This document shows positions 39,969-54,900 of a stretch of 64,000 nucleotides of DNA, one piece after another. The notes under the pieces were generated by a model. It had not been told where the DNA came from. It ran no database searches and was given only the letters and a program-made list of their open reading frames with translations. Source of the stretch: Chrysomallon squamiferum (taxonomy: Eukaryota > Animalia > Mollusca); NCBI GenBank assembly GCA_012295275.1, contig CM022672.1, positions 12,834,001 through 12,898,000 of the forward strand, in the 5' to 3' direction. Position 1 is the stretch's first letter, and each line of letters starts with the position of its first letter. The translations under genes and the position numbers were made by a program.

Positions 39969-42784
39969 AATGCAAAGAAATGGATGTGTGCATATGTAAA
40001 TATATATTAAAAAAAATTTGTTCTCAGAGAGACATATAATTCCATGATCAAATTTAATCTAAATTAATACATCTTTATTTTATATATATATATATATATG
40101 GAGAATTTCTGTTATGAAATATTATCTGCCATTTCATACTTTCGTCAATCGATTAATTCCTCGTTCTGCAAGTACTCTACGATTAGGTATATTAATGTTA
40201 GACATTTGATATTCTATGCGTGAAGTTAGAGATGTGTATCTTCAAAGATATGTTTACTATTAACCTTCAAGCCGGAGAAAAGTGCGTCGCTCATTGCAGT
40301 TCCTGTTCCTTCAACCTCGCTAATGGAAAACAATTAGAAATCATGTGATGAATAGAATCAAGGTCTCGTTACTTTTGTTTTATGTTTGTCTAAGAGTCCA
40401 TACATATTTTTTTTTTCCCTGCACCCATTAACACATTTAGCTATTACAAATTCCGGGCGTATTTAGAATACGTACAAAAAACAAAAAAACAAATGTTTAC
40501 CGTGAGATATTTTTCTTTTAATTTCAACAGCTTGTCAAAAAAACGCAGGACAAAAAACCAGTAAATAACGTCAGTAATTTCACTGTAGAATTCTAAGAGT
40601 TCGTTAAGTAGATTCTGTTAGACATGCATTCCCCACTGCGTTCTTCGGTGAGTCGCTCGATACTAGTATCTGGATTCGCGTCAAAAGATCGTGTTTCTGC
40701 TTGAGAAACACGTGATACTACCAGACATTAATATAACGTACTGCCGCACGCGCCTGCTTCTCCGACAGTTAACCATTATTCTCGAACTGCTTCTGCTAAT
40801 CCTAAGCTCGAAAATAAGTTAAAACCTGACGTGACGTGTTCTTTGTATTTTTCACAAACAGGACTTTGGTACGATCGTGAGCCGTCTTCGTTCGAATTTC
40901 CCATACAATTCCTGGAATTTCTTTCATACGGACTAGCAAAGTTTGCTCAGCGCAGACACACGTGTACGCGTGTTTATTCTGTAGCGTGCTGTTTCACTTG
41001 AAACACTCATCAAGATCGTTAAATCGACAGAAATGATACCTGTGGATGTAGTCCATGCCATTTCCCTTAAATCAAACTGCTGATGATGATGTTTATGTCT
41101 GTATATTCCCGACAGATTCGTGCTTTTTTAATTTCCAAATAGCGGTAGATCTATAGTGCTTTTTCAGTGGCAGGTTCGTTCTACATAAAATGTGTTTATG
41201 TTTGCAACGAAAACTGTAATACAGAACCTTAATTTGTTCTGAAATAACAACAGAAAGAAAAACAAAATAAAATCCGCCTTAGATAGTGTTACGAATATTC
41301 TCTGAATACCTGAAAGTTATTGTTTTACTTGTTATTGGCGATCAGTTCTTGCTAAAGTATGACAAATGTACAACCACCGAGGCAGGTATTTTTCTTATGT
41401 AATCGTGACGTCAGTACACATATAGGGATCTTCCAAAGAAACCGGATTGAATAAAACAGTTGTATGTCGGTTAATCAGAGAATTCTGCATATTTTGCTAT
41501 ATCAAAAATAAAAATGTTCCCCCAAAAAGGGCAGCTATCTGCATCCGAGCCACCTCTTGGTCTTCTCACTTTATTGTTAGAAAACACTGGTCGCCAGAAA
41601 TAAACAAAATTCCATTTGATAGAGCATAAAAGTCATTTAGATTTTTATTCGTACCACCAAAGGTACACCTGAAAAAAAAAAAAGTAAAGAAAAATTAAAA
41701 TAAATAAAAACCTTGTGCACTGCATTTCATGTGGTTTTCCTTTACTTCCAGTTATTCATGTTCTATTTTAGTTTTGCTTTTAAAGATACGCTCAAAAAGC
41801 ATGGTTATAATAATAATAATATATATATATATAGTTCAGGAGAACCTAATTGATTTAGCATGTTTTGTAGTTTAAGAGAAAGCCGAAAAAAAAGAAGGAG
41901 AAATGGAGAATATATTCTGTGATTTAACATAAAACAATGTGTTTCTACGAGCACGTGATTAGCTGCTTGGAAAGAAATGAATCAGATTTCGTTTATTTAT
42001 TTCGCACACTGAAAACAAACCTCGTGTTTTGATTTTGGTTTTTTTTCTGAATGTCTTTGTTTTTTCTTTCTTCTACTTCTGAAGTTAGAAATGGTCGAGT
42101 TAACGTTTGACTTATTCACCAGGAAGAAATTCGTCAACGTGTGGAATTCACTTACTATAATCAGACTGCATCGTCTGAATATAGGGAGAAGTTATTAAAT
42201 ATTTCTTGAAGAAAAAAACATATTAAAGTTATATAATCACAAAATAATAAATAAATAAATAAATAAATAAATAAAGGTATCTAAATAAAAGAGAGAAAAA
42301 TACCGACATTCCCTTCTTACATAATAACAGAAGTTTATAAAATATTAATAGTTGTATTAATACATTTAGACCTATAAGGAATGTTAACATATTTGTCATA
42401 CAATTTAATTAAACATTTAATACATATTTTTTTCTTCTGACATTCCACAAAACACAGACTGTTCAACATCAAGGTCGTTTTAGAAACACAATATATAATA
42501 TCAGTTTTGTTTTTCTGATACATATAGAACGATATATCCGAGAGAAGAGAGAGATAATTATTTTAAAAAATAAAAATAAAAACTTTAACTATGGGTTACA
42601 TCGCTGCAGCTAGTAATATTGGATAAACCAAAACACCTCAAATGCAAAATATTGATGTAAAATACAGCTTCTTTGATGATATTTGATTTCTAAATTGAAA
42701 TTTAGAGTTACTGTAACATTATTAACGTTGATATCTGCACTCTTGGGAACTACGTGTGTTTTATAGGACGATTTCACGCAGTTC

Positions 42785-43190
42785 AAAATAATTTACCGTA
42801 AACCTTTCAATATATGTCCTAGTAATAATAGACCACGAATCCTTTTACATCAACACTTTAATGATTTACCGTAAAGTATTGGATAAATGTCTTCATAATA
42901 ATAATAATAATATACTGTAAATCCTACTCTAATAATAATTTACCACAAATCCTTAAATGTAAGTCTCATTAAATATAATAGCGTAAATCATCGGACATAC
43001 GTTCCACTAATAATATATTGTAAAATCCTACCCTAGAATTATTAATTACAAGTTCTTAAATATATGTCTCATTATGTAATACAGAGTGAATCACTGGATA
43101 GAGAGCCCAGTGACAGTTACAGTAAATCTTTGGTTATGTGCCCTCATAGTACAACTGATTCTTCAATAGACGTCCCAGTACTAATATTAT
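42785..43190. repeat. Old degenerate ~40-bp tandem repeat (TAATTTACCGTAAATCCTT...ATATGTC)
   Basis: Recurrent (C/G)GTAAAT(C)/ATGTC motifs at roughly 30-40-nt spacing. Confidence 0.55.
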
Positions 43191-43350
43191 TCCAGTGCTT
43201 ACTTATTTATTTATTTTTATTTTGAAACGTTATAGTTTCTTGGTTTCTTGATACATAATCCTTCAGGTATTATTCTCTCTTAAAAAAAAAAAAAAAAAAA
43301 AAAAAATCCCACAAGAAACTACAAAATAATAACAACAACAACAACAACAA

Positions 43351-43393
<43 letters not shown>

Positions 43394-43951
43394 ATACTGC
43401 ATACCTGTATAACATAAATCCAAGCTTTGATGTGGTTGTTGTTGTTTGTTTTATTTTTTGGTTTTTTTATCTTTAAGCTTTACGGCAGTTATTTCTTTTC
43501 TATAGATTTTTCTTTCACGGTTGTATAACCAAACTGACATTAAAGATAATATAGCATCCTGAACTGCGCCTATCTCATCCGTAATCTTTCCTTAAAAAAA
43601 AAAAAAAATAAAATAAAAAAAATTCTGTAATGCAATGAATGCTTTGATCATCTTGTAAAACTTAGACATAAAACTAACTAAGTAATAAGTTTCAAATTAT
43701 GCGTGATCTACGTATATTCATGGCGCACGAAGCCTTGTATTTCCTCACAGAAACTTCTGTCAGTATCAATACTGAAAATTCTGAAAAGATGTTATCCAGC
43801 CATAGCAGGACACGGATACAAGATGCAGCACATCTCCAGAATTTATGATTTCATAAAACTAATTAATTTAATAGTATGGACGAAATTTGCTGTCACTTTC
43901 TTCCACTAGATTAATATGCTAAAACACATACGTGCACCGTGTTGTTTAATT

Positions 43952-44184
43952 TGGGAATACACTGTAAATAAAATAAATAAATTCACAAGAGTAAGTTAGT
44001 CATTCGTAAATTCGATTTAAACTGCTTTCTAAGCGCATGTTGTTAATGTCAGAATTGTTATTTAATCTGGGAATACACTGTAAATAAAATAAACAAAATT
44101 CACAAGAATAAGTTAGTCATTCGAAATTCGATTTAAACTGCTTTCTAAGCGCATGTTGTTAATATCAGAATTGTTATTTAATCT
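43952..44184. repeat. Recent 116-bp tandem duplication
   Basis: TGGGAATACACTGTAAATAAAA...GAATTGTTATTTAATCTG at 43952 and 44068, with only a few differences. Confidence 0.92.
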
Positions 44185-44414
44185 GTTTAACAACAATATA
44201 GCAACACCATTTTCATCAACATCATCATCTCGACAGCAGCAACAATTTAATAATAATGATAATAACAACAACAGCAAAAGCAATGGCAACAACAATATTC
44301 CATGACAGCTGCATCACCATTAGTTTGATCATAAATATCTTCATCAACAACGATATCAGCATTGTTTTCAGCTTCATTATTTTTATTGTTGTTCTTCTTC
44401 TTCTTATTATTATT

Positions 44415-44449
<35 letters not shown>

Positions 44450-45084
44450 TATCATTATTTCTCTTTCTCAGTCTCAAAAGGTAACAATTAAACAAAAACA
44501 TTCTTCACAACCTCACATTTGACAATAAGTATTTAAAAAAAAAAAAAAAAAAACACGGCATGTTCAGCTTAACATATAAGCGGTGTTTTCAATATCGCTA
44601 ACAATGGCTTCATAGTCTGAGCGCACATTAGAAATCCTCGGGTCATTCACTTCGTTTTAAGAGTCTGGGTAAACATGGCGCTTTGTGCCCCTGTATCGAA
44701 AGTACGTTATCATCAAAGCTGTTTGTTTTCTGCGACAATAAAATATTGTTTTCGCTTCACAGAAACCTGTTAGCACACAGGTGGCCGCGGTGTTTGCTGT
44801 GGACTGAAATTAAAAAACTAAAGCGAAAAACGTTCTTAAAGAAGAAGAAGAAGACGTTTTGTGTCCGCAGTGATAACCTCACAAAACATTAGTTCGCAAT
44901 AGGTCAGGAATAAGAAGGGAATTTGAAAAAATAAAAAAATAAATAAAAATAAACAAACAATGCACAAGTAAATGACACATATATAAATAAATAAATGAAT
45001 GAACAGACTAACAAATAAACAAATAAATATATATGATAAACATTCAGTAACCTATATTTCAGTAACGCATGGTATTAAAATGTC

Positions 45085-45306
45085 ATGATGTGGATTTATA
45101 TTATTATGGTGCACGTAACTCGAGCTGGAAATAAATAATATATAAACATATAAGTTTCATGAGTATCCATCGACCCTGTACATCGACTACAGGGAAGCAC
45201 ATACAATGGCTTTTGATGAAGAGGGAAACAGCTGAATAACAGCATCAAAGAGAGTTTGTCCTGCAAGTAGTTCATGCATTGGGCCAGCGCTCTACCATAG
45301 AGCTAC
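45085..45306 (-). mobile_element. Degenerate tRNA-derived SINE 5' half
   Basis: Minus strand GTAGCTCTATGGTAGAGCGCT is a tRNA A-box-like head. No intact cloverleaf follows. Confidence 0.5.
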
Positions 45307-46992
45307 AGTTTCATTTTTCCTCTCATATTTAAACCGAATCTGCACGTACATTAGATCGATGTGATGAGATTTGCTTCATGTTTTGCTTTCCAGCGTCGCT
45401 ATTCTATTAATTTACCGCTGCATTTAGAATGTGCAAAATATAATTACTGAAAACATTCCTACAATCAAGAGTCAGACACATTGTGCCGGTTTCCATGGGA
45501 ACCCTTAATCAAGACTTTTTTATTTTCAACAAAAACCAACTGAATTACTGTTTGGAAATTACGTTCCATTCGCACGTATGCATTTATGATTTTAAAGAGA
45601 AAACAGGGAGCAGTAATGCTGTCGTAAATAATTTAAGAGGAAACAATTCTAATTAAAAACAGAAAATATTGTTGTGTAAAGAAATCGGTGGTGTCCCTTG
45701 TTAATGACGTCTGCTCTGCTAATTTTCCGCCATTTCAAACCAAATCAGTTTCAGTTTTGCTATTCTATATCTGGCCGTTTCCATCCCTGTTCTGTCTGTC
45801 TTGTCCTCTGATGTCAGCCATTCCCTAGAATGTTTTATTCGCCTATGTCCTACTTATGCCCTTGTAAGTCTTATTTCTTCTCTGTCCTACCATGCTTTAG
45901 TCCACTTTGTCCTTTTGCCTTATTCCCATGTATCCTGACATTACGTGGCATGCCTTATTCCCTTATAATCCTGCCATGCCCTGGTATGCGTATTCTAACC
46001 CGTAACACATTATTCTAGTATTGCTCAGTTGAGTCCAGCTTCTATTCGCAAACGACTGAGTAAACGGGGGAATTCTTGCCGATAATGTCACATGGACTTG
46101 TGTCAGCAGCTGGTAAGAAAAATACATTAAGACACAAGAATCACTCATCTGTTGTAGGTCACCCGAGTTCACTGTTTGTTTTCCTTTTCCATGCACGATA
46201 TTGATTTTAAAAACATAAACAGTTATAAAGATAATAAATTACTGAAAAATCAATCGCCAGCTTTGTTAGTTATATGACTTTGCTGCGGGGTGGTTCTGAA
46301 AAATTAATTTAATTGTTGGGGTTTTTTTTGTTGTTTTTTTGTTGTGTTTTAAGTTATATAAGTTCTGATAACAATAACAGACTATTTACGTACTTGAAGG
46401 TAAGCATTTTCATGTTTGGGAGCGTTGTATTTTTGGCAGTTTTAGTAAAAAAAAAAAGGTAATAAATGTATTCATGTAATTACCTTATACGAGCAATCAT
46501 TATAAAAGATAGAATAATTTATTATTATTATTTTTTTTATACTGGTATAAATGAGAATGATATTATAAACATGTTGCACTGTTGTCTTTCTTCTTTGCTT
46601 TAAACATGACGTTACATGTTACAAACAGGATTTCAGCAGGATTGTCTTACGAACACTAACTACTATTAAACTTGTTTTTCTGTTCGCCATACTAAGCCTG
46701 TATCGACCTAATGTTATTTTTATAAGGACGTTATCGCCTTTCGGAACCTTTGTTGGTTTTCTTTGTTTTCTTAATTACTGTATTTTTATTAGTATTGTTA
46801 TGTACAGACAGCACTCCGGATGTGATATAACTACAGCCGAATTTAGTAGGACGATCATAAACATATAGTTTATAACATATAATGATTATTATCAACATAT
46901 GATATTTTATAGATATAAAACGTTTATTATATTATTTATTATTATTATTATTATATTTATTATATTATTATCATCATTATTATTATTATTAA

Positions 46993-47057
<65 letters not shown>

Positions 47058-48330
47058 TTAATATTGTTTTATTTTTACTTCATTTTTAAATCCTTATTCA
47101 AACAATATTCAAGAAAGGTGTAACAGATATTTATAACCTGTTCTGTTTAACAAAACACATATTAAGCTAAACACCAACTCACAAACAGTAAAACCAGTGT
47201 TACGAATATTTCTAGGTACCTGTACATTTGGAGCAATTACATATTTTCCAATGTTGACGTTAAAAGATTTTATTTCTAGAAAACAAATAGAGAGTCTGAG
47301 AGAATCACTGTATGCGCGTTTTTTTCTCACAGTCACTAACTACTTGTTTATAACAGCTAAAAGTGATGTTGTACTCTGTTTGCTGCTCCATAGGAAACGA
47401 GCCAAGCTTCTGTATAAGTGTGAATAGATTATGTTTAGACATGTTTTTGTAATTTACACTAAGTCTGTTCTTTTCATAACATAACTTTATTTTTCATTTT
47501 TAATCAAGTTATTTTATGTTAAATCTCAGCATGTCATATCTCTTTATATTAAGTCAGGTCATGTGGTTTTATTTTTATGTTATATTAGGTTATGTATTAT
47601 TCAATATTAAGTCAAGTCATGGAATATTACATTAATTCAATTCTGGTTGTGATGTTTTATTTTAAGTCGAGTCAGGTCATGTCTAATTTTTTTTGGTGTT
47701 AAGCTAGGTCAGGTCAGTCGTATTTATGTTAAATCAGTTCTTGTTATGTTACTTTATGTCGTCATAGTTCATTACGTCAGTTCGGACAAGGTTACATGAA
47801 TTTTTAATTAAATCAAGTCATATCACTTCGGACTGTATCAAGTTACTGCAAGCTACGTACAAGTTTTACATTTTACTGTAATTTTTGCCTCGTCAGATCA
47901 TGTTACGTACCAGTTTAAGTTGTCGCTTGCTGTGTTTATAGTATCACTTCTCGGTGTAACAGTCGACCTCACATGTCTGTATTACACAAAACAAGAAATA
48001 GGTCCCGTTAATTATTTGGCTTCGAGTTCGTTTTATTGTGAGCGTCATCTGTATTTGTCATAGCGCCAGCCATAGTAACCAGATATTAGTAAGGCAACTA
48101 TGACGTCATAATTGACATTTGACATTGCTGGAGTGCATTCGTACATTAGCTTTTGTTACTTTTTTGTTGTTCTTGTATGGTTTTTTTTATGTTATGGCGA
48201 AATTATGTACAATAATGTTTGCATTCCTTACAAGTATGTATGTGTATATAATTTGTATGTATGTACGTATTTGCATAAGTATGCGAGTATTTGTGCATAA
48301 TTATGTTTGTAGCTGTGAGTATGTAAGTTT

Positions 48331-48441
48331 TATGCCTAAAATAAAGAAGAAAAAAACCTTTAAATATTGAAAAAAATACTTTAACAGTGTTTAACTATTT
48401 TTTCAATATTTAAAGGTTTTTTCTTATTTATTTTAGACATA
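48331..48441. repeat. Near-perfect AT-rich inverted repeat (~50-bp arms), foldback/MITE-like
   Basis: TATGCCTAAAATAAA...AAAAAACCTTTAAATATTGAAAAAAATA pairs with TATTTTTTCAATATTTAAAGGTTTTTT...TTTATTTTAGACATA. Both ends are TA. Confidence 0.85.
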
Positions 48442-50036
48442 TATTTACATATAAATATATTTAATAAAAGTAAAAGTATCTAAAATGTCGTTTTATTAAA
48501 AAAAAAAAAAAAAAGTAGTGACACTAAAACTCCCAGTTTCTGTGATTAGCTGTGAGCTATTTGTAAGTAAATGCTGCGTCATTTGCACGTTTCTTGTTTC
48601 ATCTACTTTGAGTTACGCTATCTCATTAAGTGCCTTTTTACGCCACGCCCTTATCAACTGGGTCTATAGATTTTTTTTTTTTTTTTTTCATTTCTGACCT
48701 ATTTCTGTGTAATGTTCACTTTCGAAGTTTTAATGTTGGAAATCGAAGTTTTTCAGTCTAACAATGGACATGGAAATCATCCATTTAATATTATATGGAA
48801 AATCGAAGTTTTCATTTTAATGTTTAAAATCGGTTTTCGTTTGATTGTAAAAAAGTATGTTTTCGTTAATTGTTAAATATCGTAATATTAAAACCTGTAA
48901 TATCAAGCATCTGCGTCTGGAATTTAATATTCAATATCGAATTTTTCCTTCTAACAAAATTCTAAAGAAACTTGATTCTCTCAGATTATACTAGCCACTT
49001 CCGACATATTTAATCAGGGTGTGTTCGAGCGACCTGCCGTTGTACACCTGCTATCCGTGCTTCATTTGATTTTCTTAGTTTATCTAGTATTTCAGACACT
49101 GTTAAGTAATTTGCTACTTGCGAAGCGTGTAATTAACACCACACATTCTGTCTTAAACCCAAGGTTCTGTAGTTTCAGTTTGGTTCTGAACCGGAGACTA
49201 ACTGTAAAACATCTCGTCTTTTGCTACATTACTACAGAGCAGTGTGATCGTAACAGAATGACGAACCTACATCTTTTCATCACCTGTTCATGTTCGGTAA
49301 TTAAAAATTACCAATCACGATAATCAAGTATGTCAAATAATTAGTGCTTTTATGTTATTTATTTATTTATTTATTATTTATTATTATTATTGTTGTTGTT
49401 GTTGTTGTTACTGTTATTATTATTGTTGTTACAATTATTGTTACTGTTATCGTTGTTGTTGTTGTTGCAGCAGTAGTAGTAGTAGTAGCAGCTGCAGTAT
49501 TAGCAAGTGTAATAACCCAGTAATTGATCATCATCATCATCACCACCGCCATCATCATGATTTATTAAAATGATTGCTGTTTCTGTCGTTATCTGTATTC
49601 TGTCTTTAAAGAATAGAATTCTTATCTTAAAGTTATAAAGCACAACAGTTATATTTCCATTGTCGGCCTTATCTTTTCAGACATTCTCAATCCCCATCGC
49701 TAATCGCTATTTTCAACTACCTGTATTTTTCTTTTGTTCAAATCACTGGCAGAATGTCAAACCAAGAATTTTAGGTTGGTGCGTACTTATTGCTAGACCC
49801 TGAGTTATGATATTGCTAGATGTTATGAAGCATTTAATTTGCTTCCATAAAAGTGTGTTCAAGCATATTTGTAATGGACATAATCTTCAATTATATCAGC
49901 ATTTTGTCCGAGACTGAGATTAGATATTTTAACGTCTAAGTCTTCATATGTGAATTTATAAGTAAAAGTTACCAGAATATTATCATAAATGAGTATCGTA
50001 TTAATAATTTGGTATTTATATTCGAATGAGGAATAA

Positions 50037-50037
<1 letters not shown>

Positions 50038-50112
<75 letters not shown>
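50038..50112. repeat. (TC)n microsatellite
   Basis: Directly visible. Similar tracts lie at ~51842-51929 and ~60865-60930. Confidence 0.95.
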
Positions 50113-50119
<7 letters not shown>

Positions 50120-51288
50120 GTTTCTTATACACACGCACACACGCGATCTTAATAAAAATGCAGTAACATTCCCCTGACTAACAGCTCAAAAATTATAAGT
50201 ATTCTTATAAAAAAAGCACGATACTCTAACATATACAAATACTAATAAACACACTAATAAACACACTCATATACACAATGTCTTTCTCTCTCTCTCTCAC
50301 ACGCACACACCCACACACACACACACACACACAAACAAACACACACACACAAAAGACACACACATAAACATTCCAAACCAAAACACTATACTGTCCATTG
50401 TTATATTTCACACAGAAGCACATTTCGGCTTTAAATCATTTCTTCTTTTTTTTTCTTCTTTTTTTATCGTTTCCAGTTAAGTCTGTTCTAGAGGTTTAAA
50501 AGTCAAGTGACCTTTTGCCTGTGTTGTTTCAATTTGCACCTCTCAGCGTCCCTGGGGGTCGGCACAATGCAGTTTTTTGTTCTCAGAGATATCATCGTTA
50601 GGCATTCGAGTGGAAACAGGTTTTGTCTCTCGAGATCTGACAGCGAAAGTCCACGCGTTTTAATGATATTTTAAAAGAAAGAAAAGAAACTTTAGCTTAT
50701 ATCAGTGATATCTGAATGTGTTTTAAACACGGTTGTTTCGATAGAGAAAAAAAAAACCAGTCGTGTTGATTGCGATGGTTGTTAGTATTTTTGTTTTGTT
50801 TTTTGTAGTATATAAATGGTCAGTGTGAGGATGTTTGTAATGATCTTTTAATAATCATCTGTTACGAGAAAAATAGGATTTTAAATGAATTACTTAAAAT
50901 TCTTTGAATTATACTATAATGTAGTTCGCCGCGTAGGCTTATTTGTAATTTTTTAAAACACGATTTTAGAAAAATAAAATTTTAAATGTGTTTAGATTAC
51001 CTCTCTCTGTTTGCCTGTCTTTCTTTCTTTCTTTCTTTCTTTCTTTTTTTCTTTCTTCAGTTTGTCCAGTAACGAGGTTATTCATTAAATAATGTCCATT
51101 ATTTCATACCAACATGAGAAATATTTGTGTAAATTTGTGTAGAGAAAATAAACGTTTTAGATAGTAGCTGTTATCAGAATCATTTCCATTACCTGACAGT
51201 TTTATCATTTCCTCAACGCGTCTGATTTACTCATTTATAAAGGGAAATTATAAAGTACACTGGGTTTTGTTTTTTCATTCTTTTTTAT

Positions 51289-51335
<47 letters not shown>

Positions 51336-51837
51336 AAATTTAGGAATTGACGGAGACGGCTTAGATAGATATCTTCACTCTCACATATTCACTTCATTAT
51401 TTCTGACAACAGAAACAGAATGTTAGTAATTACTGACAAGCTTGTTTATTTTAAAGAATTCTTTATCCACCTTGAAATAAACAATAAATTAACCACCGTT
51501 AACCTTCTGTATTGTACGAGCAGAGTCTGTGCCAAGAGGAAAAGGGTGTAGCCAGTAAGGTTTCGTAAGCGATCTATCTCATCTCAAATGCATCTGCATC
51601 TTTCTGCTCTGATGTCACATTCCACGGTTGCTTCATTCTGACAGATTTATTTCTGCATCAACGCCGTATGATACGGAGAGAAATGAAATCTGCGGTTGTT
51701 TCATTTCTGTCTGGTGGTGGTAAAGGTCATGAAGAGCGAACCAGGAAGTGACCGAGGTATTTTCCACACATCTTCCAGCGATACCGAAACTGATACATCA
51801 CTCAGATGTGGGAAAGAAAGTGTTTGTGTTTTGATGT

Positions 51838-51931
<94 letters not shown>

Positions 51932-54900
51932 CCCACTACAGACATACACATAAACACGTACAAAATTATATAATTAGACACATACACATGCACACACGAC
52001 ACCCATACATACATTCGTTTACTATCTCCATCTCCTTCTGTGTATCTTTCTATCCTATCATCTGTCTATCCATGTAACCATCCATCCAAAGACCCGTCTA
52101 TTTGTTTGTCTCTCTGTCTGTCTTTCTGTTTCTTTCTAACACATTTTCTTTATGTCTGCATGCTTATGTCATTACATGTGTGTAGTTTTTCGTGTATACA
52201 AATGTACTGATATTGGTAGGTAGGTACATAGGTGTGAGAGTGTGTATGTATTTATATATCTTCAGATTCTGTCCATTGTTTCACCCACATTATAATCATC
52301 CGTTCATTTATTTTTATTTAGTCAACCTTTTTTCTTCTTTTTTTTGTGCCATTTTGTGATACTAATCTTTTTTCATAAAGAAAATTGGGAAGATTTCTTC
52401 ATTATATTATTCTATCACCAACAGCAGTTTTGAAATTCAGTCTAATATAGGTTTTTAAATGATTATTTTAAATCTAATTATCAAATTCATGCACATATTT
52501 AAATATAAGTAAACGTATTTAAAATTTGTATCAAGATATTCACAATAAAATCCGTAATATAATTTAACAACCTGTAATATATTTACCATTAAAATACGAT
52601 ATTTTTGCTTATCTCACAATATGCATGCATTACTATAGTTTATATTCAACACGAACTATATATCTAGGGCGAAACAGAAATTTGAGAAAAGGGGAATGCC
52701 ATTGTTGTGCTGGATGTAACTTTAAAGATAAAAACTGGTTTCGTTATGAAGACAAAACTATCTTCTTAATATCGTTTCTACGACGTGATACAAATGTTGT
52801 AATTAATCTTTGAACAGATTGTGAGAATACATGAAGAGTGTAAAACAAAACCGTTTCCTTCTTTTATTATTTATTTGTTTGTTTATGAGTGGACTTATTT
52901 TGTATATATTTACTCTTTCTTTTTTTTCTTCTTTTTTTTATGAATCATGAGGAGATATTTAATTGCGAAAATAAAAAGTAAATAAATAAATAAATAAAAT
53001 AAAATAAAATAAAAAGCTGCGTTTTTATCTACTTTACAGAACTTTCATTCTCTATATTATTAGTGTTGTTATATTTATCGTTGTATTTAAAAAAAAAAAA
53101 AATTATTATTATTATTATTTTTAATGAAAAAAGTTAAATAATAATAACAATAAATTTTTTTTTTTAAATATATTTTTATTTATTGATTTATTTTTATCAA
53201 AATGACGTGTTTTTTTTATATATTAAGCAATTTTATTCTCTATTTTATTACTATATACATTATTATTTTTTTAATTATATATATATATATATATTTTTTT
53301 TTTTTTTCTGTCACTTCTGGCGATTAATTAACCCAATAAATCCGTTTTCGTTTCAACAGTCTCTGGTAAACGTGTTGACGTCGTGCTCAAAGAGCAACGT
53401 TAATCACTTAGAGTGAAAAATGATTGCGTCCGAACAACAGGACGACTAATTAGAAACTGACTGTTGTTACAGCCAAAAACAAAAGCTTTCCCTGCACACC
53501 AGAGCCGCTGTTAAGCGCGCTTAATAACTGCCTCCCCGTGGCTTTGAGCCTTTTATGTCATTAAGAACAAAAGATATTGCGCCAGTACCAGACATTACGC
53601 CATATTAGGACATTCTAAAGCAGAAAATGTTCTCAGTTTAACTGACTGTTAAGTAATGACAGATGTTTTGGAGGTTGTTGTTTTTTTTTTTGGTTCGTTG
53701 TTAAATGTGGACAGTGCTACAAGTGTTTTGTGTTTTGTGTTCTACAGAAGCGTTTAGGGATTATTGCTGGTTTGTTTGCAGGAATTCAAGGTATGTACGT
53801 TAATAATTTGTATGTTTATAAACATGCATAGATACTTATATACATGTAAATACATACATACATGTACACATACACGCGCGCGCACACACACACAAATTTA
53901 AATACATACTGATATACACATAGTTATATAAACATCCAAACATTCATACACCCACACAAACATACACAAACACACATACATATGTATAAAATCTGAACAT
54001 ATATATACGCACAAATTCATATTTATACATTTAAGTATATGCATAGTTATATATGTATGCTTACAATCACATACATACGTAAATCGCAATTTCATTTTAA
54101 TTAATCAGTATTGACAATGGTAATAATAGTAGTATTAGAATAGCAGTAGTGGCAGCTGTAGATTTGTTGTGTTTGCTGAAGTAGTGGTTGTAGTTGTGAT
54201 AACAGTAATGGTAGTAGTAGCAGTGGTAAAGGTATTCGTAGTAGATGTTGTTCTTATAGTAGTGGTAGTGGCAGTGGTATTAGTGCTAGTACTTGTAGAG
54301 AAATAGTGGATGTGGTAGTAGTAGTTGTAGAATTTTGTGTTGCAGTAGTAATAAAGTAATAATGAGGGTAAACTAGTGGTAGAAGTAAAAGTAGTAGTAG
54401 TAGTAGTAGTAACATTAGCAGTAGTAGCAGAGAAGATAATTGTAATAATATCCATCTGAATGTTTCACACATAGATTGTCCTTGAAGAAAGAAAGATAAG
54501 ATTTGAATAAAAATCACTACTACATTATATTTCTACTTTCTAATAGTCTATATTACACAATTTTCATAATGAAAATAATATTATATATTTTAATATATTT
54601 TTTTAATTATGAAATGGTTTCGCTTTAGTTTGTGTAAATACTGACAGTTAAATTGTATCACAAATGTTAGGAGATTCATTTCACTTAATAACACACACAC
54701 ACACACACACACCGACACACATACACACACACACACACACACACATACAAACATATAGATATATATATATATATATATATATATAATACGTTAAACCAAA
54801 TTTAATACCAGCGTAACAAACATAATTTTGTTTTTACATAACGATGATGCTAAAGAAAAAAGCCGTTGACATACCGCGAGATTCAATAAACTGACTGCTT

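Noticed and set aside
44247-44501. Acidic poly-Asp ORF
   Set aside because: It is derived from (ATC)n and (ATT)n microsatellite, with no splice or family support.
45275-45306. tRNA gene
   Set aside because: Only an A-box/D-arm-like segment is present, with no T arm or acceptor stem. Treated as a SINE remnant.
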